Assembly (NCBI RefSeq): GCF_006345805.1
Contig: NW_021835346.1
Span: 1-40,628 of the forward strand
Direction: 5' to 3'
Source: Octopus sinensis
Lineage: Eukaryota
Length of the DNA stretch: 40,628 nt
Shown here: positions 22,901 through 34,349 of the stretch, piece by piece
How the letters are laid out: each line of letters begins with the position of its first letter
How positions within the stretch are numbered: position 1 is the stretch's first letter
Made by a program: the position numbers and the translations under genes
Notes under the pieces: generated by a model
Told to the model about the DNA's origin: nothing
What the model saw: only the letters and a program-made list of their open reading frames with translations
Database searches by the model: none

Positions 22901-24604
22901 TGCCCGCACATCGCCCTCCAGAAGTTTCCGATTCACTCGCTCCTTCAGTTTGTTGGGGGCATCTTTGGTGAATGCTCCTCTGGTTTTGACCGCATTGGCA
23001 ATAAGTGGCTGTTCAAGTATTGCGTGTATGCTATGACTGCCGAAATTCAATATTCTTCCTTTCAGTTTCCCGGTTAAGTTTAGCCGGGGGTTTGTTTCTT
23101 TACTCTGGTTATCAGATTCCGTTGTAGGTGTTCCGAGTGCAACAGGTGCGAAGCATATAAGTTTTAGCCAGGATTCCCAGCTGTCAGAGGACAGTGCGTT
23201 GTCAATGAGGTCTGAAAGGCACGTTGCTGCGGCAATACGTGCTCCTTTTGGATTTTTACTGGGATTTTCCTGGCTTTCCGGAGGTTCGAGATCTTCAAGA
23301 GAATGTGGTCAGTATGTGGTGATGTAAAGTTTGGCTGGGCTGTTGTTTCCCGCCTGGGGACCTCGTTTCCAATACAAGGGGGGCACTGCCAGCTTGACAG
23401 CGTCTCGGCGCAGGCTTTGCTCATTTTTATGCAGCCCAAATGGGCGAATGATTCACATGGCGTGCAGTTAATTCCAAATTTCCTGATATTCGACTGCCCA
23501 CAAAAGAGACATGCCCGAGTTGTCCTCAGTGGCTTTGTTCCTCGTACTTCGTCTTCGCTTCGTTCTTTATTACCATCTGAGGTTTCCGTTAATCACACCA
23601 CAGCACAGCACTTATTAAGATTTTTCTGGCATGACAACCGAAATAGTGTATCATAAACTTATTTTTAGTGTTTCATAAACTTATTTTTAGTGTTTCATAA
23701 ACTTATTTTTAGTGTTTCATAAACTTATTTTTAGTGTATCATAAACTTATTTTAGTGTATCATATTGATTAAAGTTGTTTTATGACATATAATTTTGACG
23801 TACCTAAAATCAATAAATTAGGGCTTTTCTGCCGGAAGTGGGAAAATAACCTTTTTTCAGAATTGATTTATGAAATTGTCGGTTCTGAATGCTATTGTCT
23901 CATGGGAGCTAACTTGGCTTATGAGGTTGCCACTGGTCTTTTTGCGGAATGTACACTCGGATGTGATGACCCCAAAAATGGAAAAATATTGAAATCTTTA
24001 TTCCACACTGATAATTTTAAAATAAATGTAGTTAGTGATAGAATTGCAGTTGAGCTCTGTGGAGCTCTCAAAGTTACTATTTTTAAGTTATTTTTGTAGA
24101 ATATGGTGGCTTTGGCCGCAGGCTTTGCCGATGGCCTGAAATATGGCGGGAATACCAAAGCTGCAATAATCCGACTTGGATTAATTGAAATAATAAAATT
24201 TGTTAAACATTTTGGAGGAGGTTGACAATTCAAAAAAATATTTTCAGGACATCAAACGGAGGTTTTTCTAGAAAGTTGCGGAATCGCGGATTTGGTAACA
24301 ACTTGCTATGGAGGAAGAAATCGATCTTGTTCAGAGAAGTTTGTAATCACTGGGAAGGTTGTATTTTATATAAAACGAAAAATAGAGTTTTGATGAGATT
24401 GAAGAAGAGTTCATGAACGGACAAAAACTTCCCGGCCCACAAGTTGCTAAGGAAGTATTCGAATATTTACAAACTGAAAATTTGCTTGGGAGGTGAGAAA
24501 GGTTCAAACATTTTACTAGTTTTCCTTTGTTCGAAACTATCTACAAAATTTCTATAAAAGAAATCCAACCTCAAGACTTGATTAAATCTCTCAGAAAAAT
24601 GTAG
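19955..24604 (+). CDS. GPD1: Cytosolic NAD-dependent glycerol-3-phosphate dehydrogenase, 8 exons; intron 3 (20365-23821) contains the tandem array and retrotransposon
   Basis: [16 protein letters not shown]...HENVKYL...VPHQF...SCIK|GFSAG...LMGANLA...VELCGALKN...[11 protein letters not shown]...[20 protein letters not shown]...FPLFETIY. One apparent 1-nt homopolymer deletion near 23851. Confidence 0.94.
20404..20511 (+). repeat. Tandem array of 22-bp unit AAACTTATTTTTAGTGT(A/T)TCAT, ~5 units, downstream (3') flank of the retrotransposon
   Basis: Units start at 20404, 20426, 20448, 20470 (21 nt) and 20491 (truncated at ...TAGTGTATCA). The variable base runs A,T,A,T,A. Confidence 0.97.
20512..23643 (-). 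mobile_element. Full-length CRE-clade non-LTR retrotransposon (PHD finger-RT-CCHC-RLE) with poly(A) tail and 10-bp apparent TSD
   Basis: T-rich tail at 20514-20540. TAGTGTATCA at 20502-20511 and 23644-23653. Visibly more GC-rich than the host. One long coding region. Confidence 0.93.
20598..23592 (-). CDS. Retrotransposon polyprotein, ~990-1000 aa after correcting 2-3 one-base homopolymer deletions
   Basis: PHD C4HC3 at 23374-23511; [11 protein letters not shown]...SW..L..FA; RT motifs [27 protein letters not shown]; knuckle [17 protein letters not shown]; RH; [21 protein letters not shown]; KTKKY. Frameshifts at ~23250 (CC for CCC) and ~20951 (TTT for TTTT). Confidence 0.9.
23644..23763 (+). 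repeat. Tandem array of the same 22-bp unit, partial unit + 5 units, upstream (5') flank of the retrotransposon
   Basis: Partial TAGTGTATCAT at 23644-23654, then units at 23655, 23677, 23699, 23721 and 23743 (21 nt). The variable base runs A,T,T,T,A,A. Confidence 0.97.
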
Positions 24605-25214
24605 TCATTTTTCTCTAAAAAATAATTTGATTCTGTTCTAATTAATAAAGTCTTAACTCTGATCATTAATAAATTTTTATTTAGGAAGAAAAAACATTTT
24701 ATAAATTTAACTCAAGTACTTTAAATAATTTAGTTAGCGGGATAAATTTGTTGTGTTTAAAGAAGATTGTCCCGTTGGCTAAAGAGTATACTTGGGATGC
24801 TTGAGTACGCCTGTCGTGAGTTCGACCTCAAAGAGGGCTACGTTTGAGCTGGGTCAACGTTCTCCACCCGTGAGGCGACGAGTTCTTCTGGCATGACAAA
24901 GTAGTTAAAAGAGGATCTTCTACTTTTCCTGATTTACATTACTAGTGAAAACTTTTCATTATGCAAAACTTTTCCGAAAAACAAATTTGGTCAGCGACAA
25001 TGGGAGGCTGATACAAATGAAAACCGGGCCTCTATCATCTCCAGATCTCTTCTTATGTAACTTGACTAATCTCATTTTACGCTAAATGTGGATACGCACT
25101 TTAAAGGCAAACTTTTATAAACATAAAGGTATTGAATCGCGATTCTATTTATCCAAAATATTTGACAACTTCTCTTTCAAAAGTTTGGATTTTAGATTAC
25201 AGCTTGATCTAAAT

Positions 25215-25999
25215 CAGGGGTTCTCAACCTTTTTAGCTCAAGGGCCAAATCGATAATTAAGATTAGCTTCGCGGGCCGCAAAAAAAATATTTTTATATTT
25301 TCCAAGCAGTAACTCGCTTACAATCCGAAGTGCAGCCACTGCTGATGCGTAATGAGTTTTTTTACTCTTTTTGTTTCTTTTTTAATTTCCATTTCCTTTA
25401 TAAAGAAAGAAAAGCTAAAAAATCTACAAAAGGCGTTGTAACTAAAAAGAAAGTATTATTTGTTTATTAAGTTTTTGAAATCCGGAATAAGTAAAGTCGA
25501 AGAAGTTCGTAAAAGCTGACTCAAGTGATTATCCGTGAGCTTGTTACGATATTTATTTTTTATTCGAATCATTTTACTAAATATTGATTCGCATAAATAT
25601 GTAGATTTAAACATTGATATGTTCATATATGCATTGTGTGTTATTAATAATTCGTAAAAATTAATAATAGACGCATTTTTGAACAATGCCGCCAGTTCTA
25701 TATCATGTTGTAAATTAATGAGTTCTAGTTGAATTTTGCAGGCGCATCCTTAATTTCCACGCTGAATGGAGTTGCAAATATTTTCATTAAAGGAAGGAAT
25801 TCTTTAAAATTCTAAAAATTAAATTTATATAAATGTACCCCAAAACGTGCTTCAAATTGATTAATTAAATCACCAATTATGGATATGTTTAACCTTAAGA
25901 ATAAATAATTAAATTTTAACATTATTAAAAAATTAAAAAAGTTAGTTACTCTAGAGGGGCCGCAAAAAAAATCCTGGGGGCCGCATTTGAGAACCGCTG
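25215..25999 (-). mobile_element. Non-autonomous hAT (Buster/SPIN-type) element, 785 bp, with transposase C-terminal remnant
   Basis: TIRs CAGGGGTTCTCAA / TTGAGAACCGCTG. Perfect 8-bp TSD ATCTAAAT (25207-25214, 26000-26007) with central TA. ORF 25456-25686 reads STYLCESIFSKM...KYRNKLTDNHLSQLLR (hAT dimerisation region). Confidence 0.92.
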
Positions 26000-26013
26000 A
26001 TCTAAATGCTGTA

Positions 26014-27576
26014 CAGTCCGACCTCTAAATGGGGCACTAAGTGCCTCAAATCAGAGGTTTCCCCAAAAAAGAGGTTTTTCAAAAAGCTCAATAAATAAAG
26101 AAAAAGAACATTATTTTTTAAAATAATCAGTTAATTTTTCTCCATATTTATATTTATTTTTAATTCCTAACGACACTTTCTTTCTGAATTCATAAAAATC
26201 ATGAAGAGAATCTGGAATCAAATCAAAGATGTTTGTCTCTAATTTTTCCATCAAACTTAAAATTTGTGATATTGATGGTTCGCAGCTTATATTCTCATAG
26301 ATATTTGGATCATTATCTTTTATTTCATCAAAACATTCATCAATAACATTATTAAATATTTCTTCAGATGATTCATTTATGCAACTCGAGTCTGATGGAG
26401 ATTGTCGAAAAACCTTTTGCCAGCAGTTATAAATAATATCCGCAGATACATTATTCCAAGCATCTGAGATTATTGTTACCACTTGCCGCAAATTTAATTT
26501 GGATAAAGACTCTATAAACAAATCCTGGTCGTCTTGAAAACATAAAAAATCAATTAGACAATTCAAATAATTATCCTTGAAATTTTTAATGATTCCAGCA
26601 TCCAATGGTTGAAGTATTGGTGTCGTATTTTTGGTAAAAATAAAAAATCAACGTTGCTAAATGTCGATATTTTGTGGCAAGCACGTTATCTAATAACATT
26701 AAGATTTTTCTTTTTTGAATAATCATTTTTTCATTAATTTTTTGAGCCAGGATATAAAAATGTCTCTTGTCATCCACGCATTTTTGGACGAAGAGTATAA
26801 AATTCCATAAATTTCGGGAGAAAATTTTTTGAAACATCTAGGATTTCTATATTTTCCGATTATTAGGTTCAAATTTTTCTCCAGTGTAACTACAGCATAG
26901 ATGAAGAGTAACTTTATCATTACTCCTTTTAAAGCCCCGTGCCGAATCACCAGTTTTCACGAATGATTTACGTGGGGTAAGTTTGATAAAAGAGAAGTTT
27001 CGTCACAATTAAAAATGTTCTCCTTTTCATATTGTTCAACTTTGATATTTAATTCTGATAAAAAATTCAAAATTATCGCATGATCAGCAGATGCGGATTC
27101 GCCTGACAATGTTCGGAATTTTAATTCATGCTCTGCTTGAATTTTTATAACCATCCATTTGAAGCTTTAAACTTGTTTAAGCCCATTCTCGAAGAAACAG
27201 TTAGGGAAATTTTTTTTAAAAGAGTTCCAGAAACTGGAACATTCTGATCCCTTAGACGCTGAAAAATATCGAGGACTTTTTCATCAAATCCGTTTTTATT
27301 TTCACTTAATGACGAGGAAAGAAATCCTTTTTTGATAAATGGAAGAATATTCTTTTTTATACGAAAAATAGTTCCCTTGCTAGTATTGTACATTATGGAT
27401 AATCTCCTCTCAGAATGTTCCTTCTTTAAAAGATGATCAGCAATCTTCAACTTGGTTTCATAATTCAAAGGCATTACACAAGAAATTTGAAATGAAACGT
27501 GTCTTAAAATATTTATTTTTTAAATTGGTATAATTAATTTTATTTAATAAAAAATCAATGCCCCAAATAGAGATGT
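26014..27576 (-). mobile_element. pogo/Tigger transposon, copy B, full transposase span with frameshifts
   Basis: ATG at 27474 (MPLNYETKLKIA...; psq and CENP-B-type HTH, NVPVSGTLLK, ASNGWL), then DETSL, LLDN, QPLDAGIIKNFK, ending TDYFKK* at 26111. TA|CAGTCCGACC TIR. Eroded opposite TIR at 27557-27575. Confidence 0.9.
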
Positions 27577-28499
27577 TAAAATTAATTGATTTTTTATAAT
27601 TTGGTTAAAAAAATTTAATTAAACTGTTAATGCTTAACTGTTTCTTTTTTAAACATTCTGGCGGTTTTTAAATCCTGAAAATACACTTATAATTTCAATT
27701 CAAATCGTCCTGCGTTTTGCCAGCACTTGGGTGTTTTGCCTCAAAGATGGTAAAAATATCGATGGTCTTAAACAATTATTTCCAGGGTTGTTTCGCCTGA
27801 AACTAGAATTTCGAACATATTTTACTTTTGTCAATGGCCTGCTCGTCTATTCGATTCACTTAATGCCAGGCAACTTTTGTTTCCTGTTAATCTGGTGGCC
27901 CTTAATTTGATGGTAAATTAGGAGGCTACCAGCCAATGTCTTTCCTAAACTGAGTCAGGAATTCATGCGTTTAAAATTGGATTTAGGGACCAAAAGAGCG
28001 TGTGAATTTCCTTTTCATAATATTCGCTTTAAAAAAGTCGAACCCGCCGATTTTTTTCTTTTTCCTGAAGCTTGACTTTTTTTACGCTTTCAACTGGGTT
28101 AGGGGAGGTCAAAATCACTTCGAAACGTTATCCTGAGTTACTCACAATCATTTTGCTGTGTATGGGCTACTAAGTTATCTTTTATTTTCTAGTCAAATTG
28201 TCATTTCGGTATCTGGAATTCAGCAGACTGATCCACTGGGACCCTTACTTTGTGCCATTTGGGAGTGCATCAGGATCACGTGACGTTTTTTCGGTTTTTA
28301 CCGTGGTCTTAATGTTTGAATAATAATTTCTGTGAATTGCATTGCTCGTAGTCTATTATTGCTAATAGATTATTAATACTTTAACTATGTTACTCTTAAT
28401 GGATTCATCAATCGCGTCGACGCTGACAAAATTGTTTCAGGTTTTACAAATTCTCTGTTCTTCATTGTGCTGGCGAGCCGGTGATTGTCTTTTTGCCAT

Positions 28500-29220
28500 T
28501 GACGGTGCGATCTTGGACACGCTTGCTTGATCTTAAACATCAAGTTCGTGGGTAACAGTCAGGTCCATACAAGCTTATCGGTCCATTCTGGAGAAATTGT
28601 GCTCCGCATCTTTGCCGTATTACCTTTTTTATTTTTCTTTTTTTACAAATAACCTTTGTTCTTTCACACTTTTTCAAAGATGTCAAGGTTACGGGATACC
28701 CAGAAGTGTTAGAGTCATAGAGTTCCTGCAGGTATCGGGTGGTGGAAAAGATCTCAATTTATACAGGTTTGGACCAATGCGTCAGTAATCATCTTTTTAT
28801 AAAAGTAAGATTACCAGTTTGAGCTGGCATCATTTGCTTCCTTTTTCTAACCGCACTCATTTAATTGGCTTGACACTTACGGGGTCTCCTCAGCGGCATC
28901 ATTACTTTCTAATCAGTGTTTGTCAAAGGTTTAGTATTAAAAATTGTCACCATATCCGGCTGCTAGGTTTATGTACAGAACGCACTACCTCTCATGCCGC
29001 ATGAGTGCCGGCAGAATCCCGCGTCCCGCAACCATGTTGTAGAAATGACTTTCTACTAATTCCCCGCTGATCATAAAACACACTGGAATTAACAGATGCA
29101 ATCAAAAACCTCCAAATAGAATGACTATGTTTTCTTTCCATGGGGAAAATCTCATGTCTAGGCCGTTAGGTACGCCAACATCTTTTCAGAATTCATGTTA
29201 ACTTTGTCTACAACCGATGT
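28500..29220 (-). pseudogene. Heavily degenerate PIF1-type (Helitron-like) helicase remnant, copy B
   Basis: Same motif fragments as 3750-4450. Confidence 0.35.
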
Positions 29221-29455
29221 CCGACAATCATGTTCTATTACTAAAACTTAAAAAAATCGAAATACAGCAATATCCGAAATAAAGTAAAATCCGTTCCATT
29301 TGAGTCTGTAAGTAATGGTTTCATCGGTAAGAAAAAATTCAGCATGATAATTTTGAAACGCACACTATAGAAAATAAAACTTTGTAAATAAAGTAACAAA
29401 GGAACTCAAATCAAATTAAAAAGAAAAATAATTCAAATATACGTAAATAAAAAAA

Positions 29456-29528
29456 CGCCCATACTCGGATTCGAACCAAGAACCTTGTGGTTAACAGCCA
29501 CACGCGCTAACCGTTGCGCCATATGGGC
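29456..29528 (-). tRNA. tRNA-Asn(GTT), copy B
   Basis: Same cloverleaf as 4703-4775 with one D-stem difference (GCGC here, GTGC in copy A). Oligo(T) terminator follows. Confidence 0.96.
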
Positions 29529-31789
29529 TTGTACACCTTCGTGTTCTATATATTAGACTCAACTATCTCTGTAATAACATGTGAAAAGTCTACGTTCTCT
29601 ATTCTTCACAAGTGAATGAACGGACTATCTTATAATGAAAACAAATGACACTTTTGTTTATGTGTAGCAATTTTAAAAGCCGAAAATTTAAAGTAAATTC
29701 AGCTAGCTAAAATTGAAGAATTCTTTATGAAAGATCTTAAACTAATAATATTTCAAGATGCACAATAAAATTGTGACGTGCTTTTTTTTTTTTTTCTTTT
29801 ACGAATTTCGTCTAAAGATCAAAAAGAATTAAGACTTATTCTGTGCAATTGTAGTAACTCATGAATGTTTTGAAATAGGAGTGTAAACTTTAATAAAAAC
29901 AGAGACGATAATACGATACAAAAACCTGATTTATTTGTGTAAGACTAAAAGATCAGTAACATGTTTCTCGTTCACGTTTAAGTAACTTCTGCGGACATTT
30001 TACAACAAGTGGAGTTGAAAAAATTAAGAAAAATCGATCTACTCTAGAAAGAACTAAAAATACGTCACGCAAAAGTGAAGATTATGTCAAATGTTCTACA
30101 CAAATAAATTTGTGACACTTCATTTTCTGAAGTATGCTGAATCATTAAATATAGCCTGAGGACATATGTGTATGTGCAATTTTTGTCACTGACGAAAACG
30201 TTAAAAAGCATTGCTGTTACAAGAAGAAACAAACCCGAGCCATAAAGACAATTCCTTTAGGAGATCTATGTTAAATCTGACACATTTCCGGAAACCTTTC
30301 AATAATCCTTAATTTTGTATATTAATTATATTTTTATTATTTATTTGAATTAGTTTCAAAATAAATTTCTTCGGTACTAACATTTACTACAAGTAAGTAT
30401 TTGTATCACTAAATAATTTTGCCGTAAATTAATATCAATAGGTGGTCAAGAACCCTTTGGTATCTCTTGTGGTCCTGGGTTGGATCCTTAGCGGCTGGTA
30501 GCTCCGATCGAGTTTGACAAGTAAAGCCGTTATTGACGTCTCATCACACATGGAGTCTGCATGGAACGGATTTTTGGATGGAATGTTGAGCTTCCTACCG
30601 TTTAATAACAACTGCACTACAATAAAAGGAACATAAGACAAAAACTTCCTACCTCGGAAAAAATTAAAAATAATTTACTTTCTTATTCTTTTCTTAAACT
30701 TATATGGCTGTCACAAGCTAAACCATATACAAATGACAAACCATATACAATATATCAAATGACAAGTCGCTTTTTCGTCCCATGTCAATTAATAATAACG
30801 TGTTAAATTTAAAATATTTGTTTTTGTATGAAAAATATAAAAATTATTATAATGTTATGGTACATGACAAAAATTATTATAATGTTATGGTACATGACAA
30901 TTTGTATCACCAAACCAGTAATCTCGTAAAATCAAATAATTTTTTAAATAGTTAAAGAAAGTAAATTTGAATTTGGATGTAAAAAATTAAGTCATAAAAA
31001 TGGATATTTGTGAAAATGGAGTTATATTTTAACTAAATTTACGAGTATTATAATGTTTTGGTACAGACTGTACACTGTTTACTGGTATATGGTATTTCAA
31101 ACCAATAAAACAAAATTTATTTCATAGATATATTTATTTCTTCTAGATATATTTATTTCTTCTAACAAAATTTATTTCTTCTAATTTGATAAAATAATCT
31201 AATTTATTTTTATACAATTCGACAAACTTGTTTCTTTGTTTTTTACTTATATTATGACAAAGGTGGATGATTCGGGAAATTTTAACATGTTTTTTATTTT
31301 TCTTCTCTATCTCATCAAGCTCCTCTTTTGATCTTATGATTTCGGTTGCTGATGAAATAATAAAACCTATTGTAATTTTTTCTAGGTTAGAAATGATTTA
31401 AAATGTTATTCATGGCAATATTGAGGAAGCAAGTGTTATGGAAAGAATTTACTCTGATTAGGCTGTCAAACAATTTCAAATAAACAATCCTAGACTCGTT
31501 TTAGCTTAACATTTGATTGAGTTAGAAAGCCTGACCAAATTATGTAACATGAACTGTTTGTATGAAAGTTTGAGAATAAGTTTGTTGTATTTTTCACAAA
31601 ATTAATTTCTAAGAAAATTAATATTTGAAAGGAGTTCTGATTACGAAAGTCAACCCTAACAACTTAACAGTTTAGAAAAGGAAAATGGGATTATTGATAA
31701 ACTTTGTTTATAACTCGAATATCAGAAATGAAAATAATTTGATTTTTATTGTATATAAATTAAATTCTTAATAGATATATTGTGAGATC

Positions 31790-33129
31790 ATGTTTTATCC
31801 ATGTTAGTTGTTATTTAATAATTTTAAGCACCTCATCATCCTATTAGGCCTGTAATTCTTACAGCTGCTATCGGAAATGAACTAAAATTTTTAACTAATG
31901 GAAAGCCTTATTGTCTATTAAGAGTCATCAATCAACCTATAATCAACCTTCCAATTAAAATTTTAATAAATTCAAACTTTAATGGTATTTTTATACCAGT
32001 TTATTGCTCAGATATTATTATTGCTTGCTATGAAAGTGAGAGCAGTGAGATTTTCGAAAATATACATTCCGAGTTTCAGAAAACCACTTTTACTATGTTC
32101 ACTGTTCCCGACAACATTATTTCTGCAGTAAATATTCTGCTCGAAATCAATTCGAAATTTCCTAAAAATCAAATTCTGCTTCTTCCTTGCGACATTTTTG
32201 GAGATTTGGATATTGTATCATTCATTGTCGACCATTTGACACACAATCCTACAATTTCAATGATTAGAGTGCCCCGACCTGAAGTAAATAAAATATCACT
32301 TCCTGCTCCCCACAAATATCGGAAACCAGAATTAGAAATTTGCTGTGTTGATTCTGTCGAACAAAAACATTTGATTATGTTTTGTGGTCAAACAAAATTC
32401 TTTGAAGACGAAATGGTTCTCAAAAAACAATATCTTTGTCGGTAATGATTTATCTCTATGATTTAGAACTCATTCCATACTCACTTTAGTTTCTCATGTT
32501 GACCCTCAGGTTTACATTTTTTCGGTTCCTTGTCTTGACCTGATTCGTAGAAAATTTAGGTATTTTTTAGTCTTAATATATGAATTAAAATTTAGTCATT
32601 CGTTTTGTATAAAATCAGAATTGCTACCACAAATTCTCGATTTTATGGCAAATTTCGATCCAAAAGAATTTCCTGGCACGTACAGTTGGATTCGTGCTCT
32701 CCCTTTAAATGCTGATATATTCAGAATATCATCCATTTTCAACTATCTCAGGGCTCATAGATCTAATTTTGTGTCAAGTTCACAGTAATAAGTCTATTAA
32801 CATTGTATTAGGAATTGTGTTTACGAAAATACTTTTTTGGGACCCGACTGTGTAGTGGGTGATGTGAGTCGACTGATTTGCTGCATTGTTGGTAGCAATG
32901 TTAGAATAGGCTCAAAGTATCCGTGTCTGATGTATATTCCAGTTGTATGTTGGATAATTGCATTATTTCTGATCATGTCAATATTGGGGATGGTTGTCAG
33001 ATACGTAATTCTGTGATTTTTCCTGGTCAGACTCTGGACAGTAACTGTATAGTTTATATTTTTAAATTATAAGCTGTTAAATGCAACGATGTTATTGGTG
33101 AAGTTATTGATGACGTGCTTTTTAGATAA
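31790..33129 (+). CDS. EIF2B3: eIF2B gamma subunit, copy B
   Basis: Homologous to 7081-8415. The middle exons read in frame here (YIFSVPCLDLIR, IKSELLPQILDFMANFDPKEFPG). Confidence 0.82.
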
Positions 33130-33266
33130 TCATTAATTTTTTTAATTTTATTTTTTCAATTTTGTAATATTTTATTTGATAATAAATTATTATTTTGTTT
33201 GATATCTGGTTGGTACTAAAGTCTTTTTTGTATCATTAAATAAACTACATTTAATTTATAGAATAA

Positions 33267-34005
33267 ATGACAACTGCTGGGCGCCCCACTTTTGATCATG
33301 CTAAAGGAAGCGGTTCTCGGATGGAGAATGATCTTGGTTCTCTGACGAGACAATTTTCCGCCAGAGACCTACCAAGTCAATTAAAGCTAAAATTTCGGTA
33401 TTGTACAAATAATTAACAAATATTAGTCAAAAAGGCCAATCTTGCAAAGAAGATTTGAAATCTATTGACATGAAACAAGTATTAGAAGAGAAGGAATTAT
33501 TCCACAAACATAAAATTGATGGCCAATTGGAAGAAACTCTTGGCACTGAGAAGAGGCTAAAGTTGGAAGATGTGAATTTGGACGAAGATGATCCCATTGA
33601 CGAGGGTGGGATTGATTCAGACGATTCCTCTGACGGAGATGAAACAGCACAGTTAATGTCAGAACTTAATAAAATAAAAAAAGAACGAATGGAAGAGGCC
33701 AAGAAAATGGTTTAATAAAATTTGATCACTGTTTACAGAACATGGAGAAAGAGCTTGAGGAGCAGAAAATAAGGAATGAAAATATAATGCGGGGAAATCC
33801 CCTCATTTCACTTTCAGGCGATTTGGAAGGGAAAAGTGATTTTAGAGTCAAGGCAAAGTATTTGTGATTGTGTTATTTTAGATGGGATGATGACGTGGTT
33901 TTTAAAAATTGTGCAAAAGAGACAAATAAAACAAAGCCCGAATTCATTAATGATTGTATTCGCTCGGAATTCCACAAGAAATTCATGTCGAAATATTTTA
34001 AATAA
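33267..34005 (+). CDS. CWC15: CWC15, copy B
   Basis: Same exon structure and translation as copy A. Confidence 0.95.
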
Positions 34006-34349
34006 TTTTTGTTTCTGATTTTTAAAATTTAATGATCTCTTTACTCATTAAATCAATTTCTAAGAATTTAATAAAAAAATTAAAGACCATTCATGTTTCT
34101 TTGACTTTTTAATACCCTCCATAAGAGGCGTTCTCAGGTTTGAGTCAATTTGGATCTCTGCTCTATATTATGCTGTAAAATGGAAAAAACAATTTAAACG
34201 ATGTACTTTTACAATTTTTGGAATTATTGAAAAGTAAAGCTCGGAGAGGAAAACTGTCCCAGCCATTATGCCGTCAGGAAGTTAGTTTATAATTATGACA
34301 AGTATCCGGGTCCCGTGAACAATGTGTTGGTTAAGAACGATTAGCTGAG

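Noticed and set aside
20404-23763. CRISPR-like array next to a reverse transcriptase
   Set aside because: The units are head-to-tail with no unique spacers, there are no cas genes, and the context is a eukaryotic intron.
20375-23806. TAGGT/ACCTA inverted ends suggesting the array region is a DNA transposon
   Set aside because: Only 5 bp in AT-rich DNA and no TSD.
23822-23860. GPD1 as a frameshifted pseudogene
   Set aside because: Adding one C (ACC CTT TTT) restores [16 protein letters not shown]. This is the same homopolymer-loss pattern seen throughout the window.
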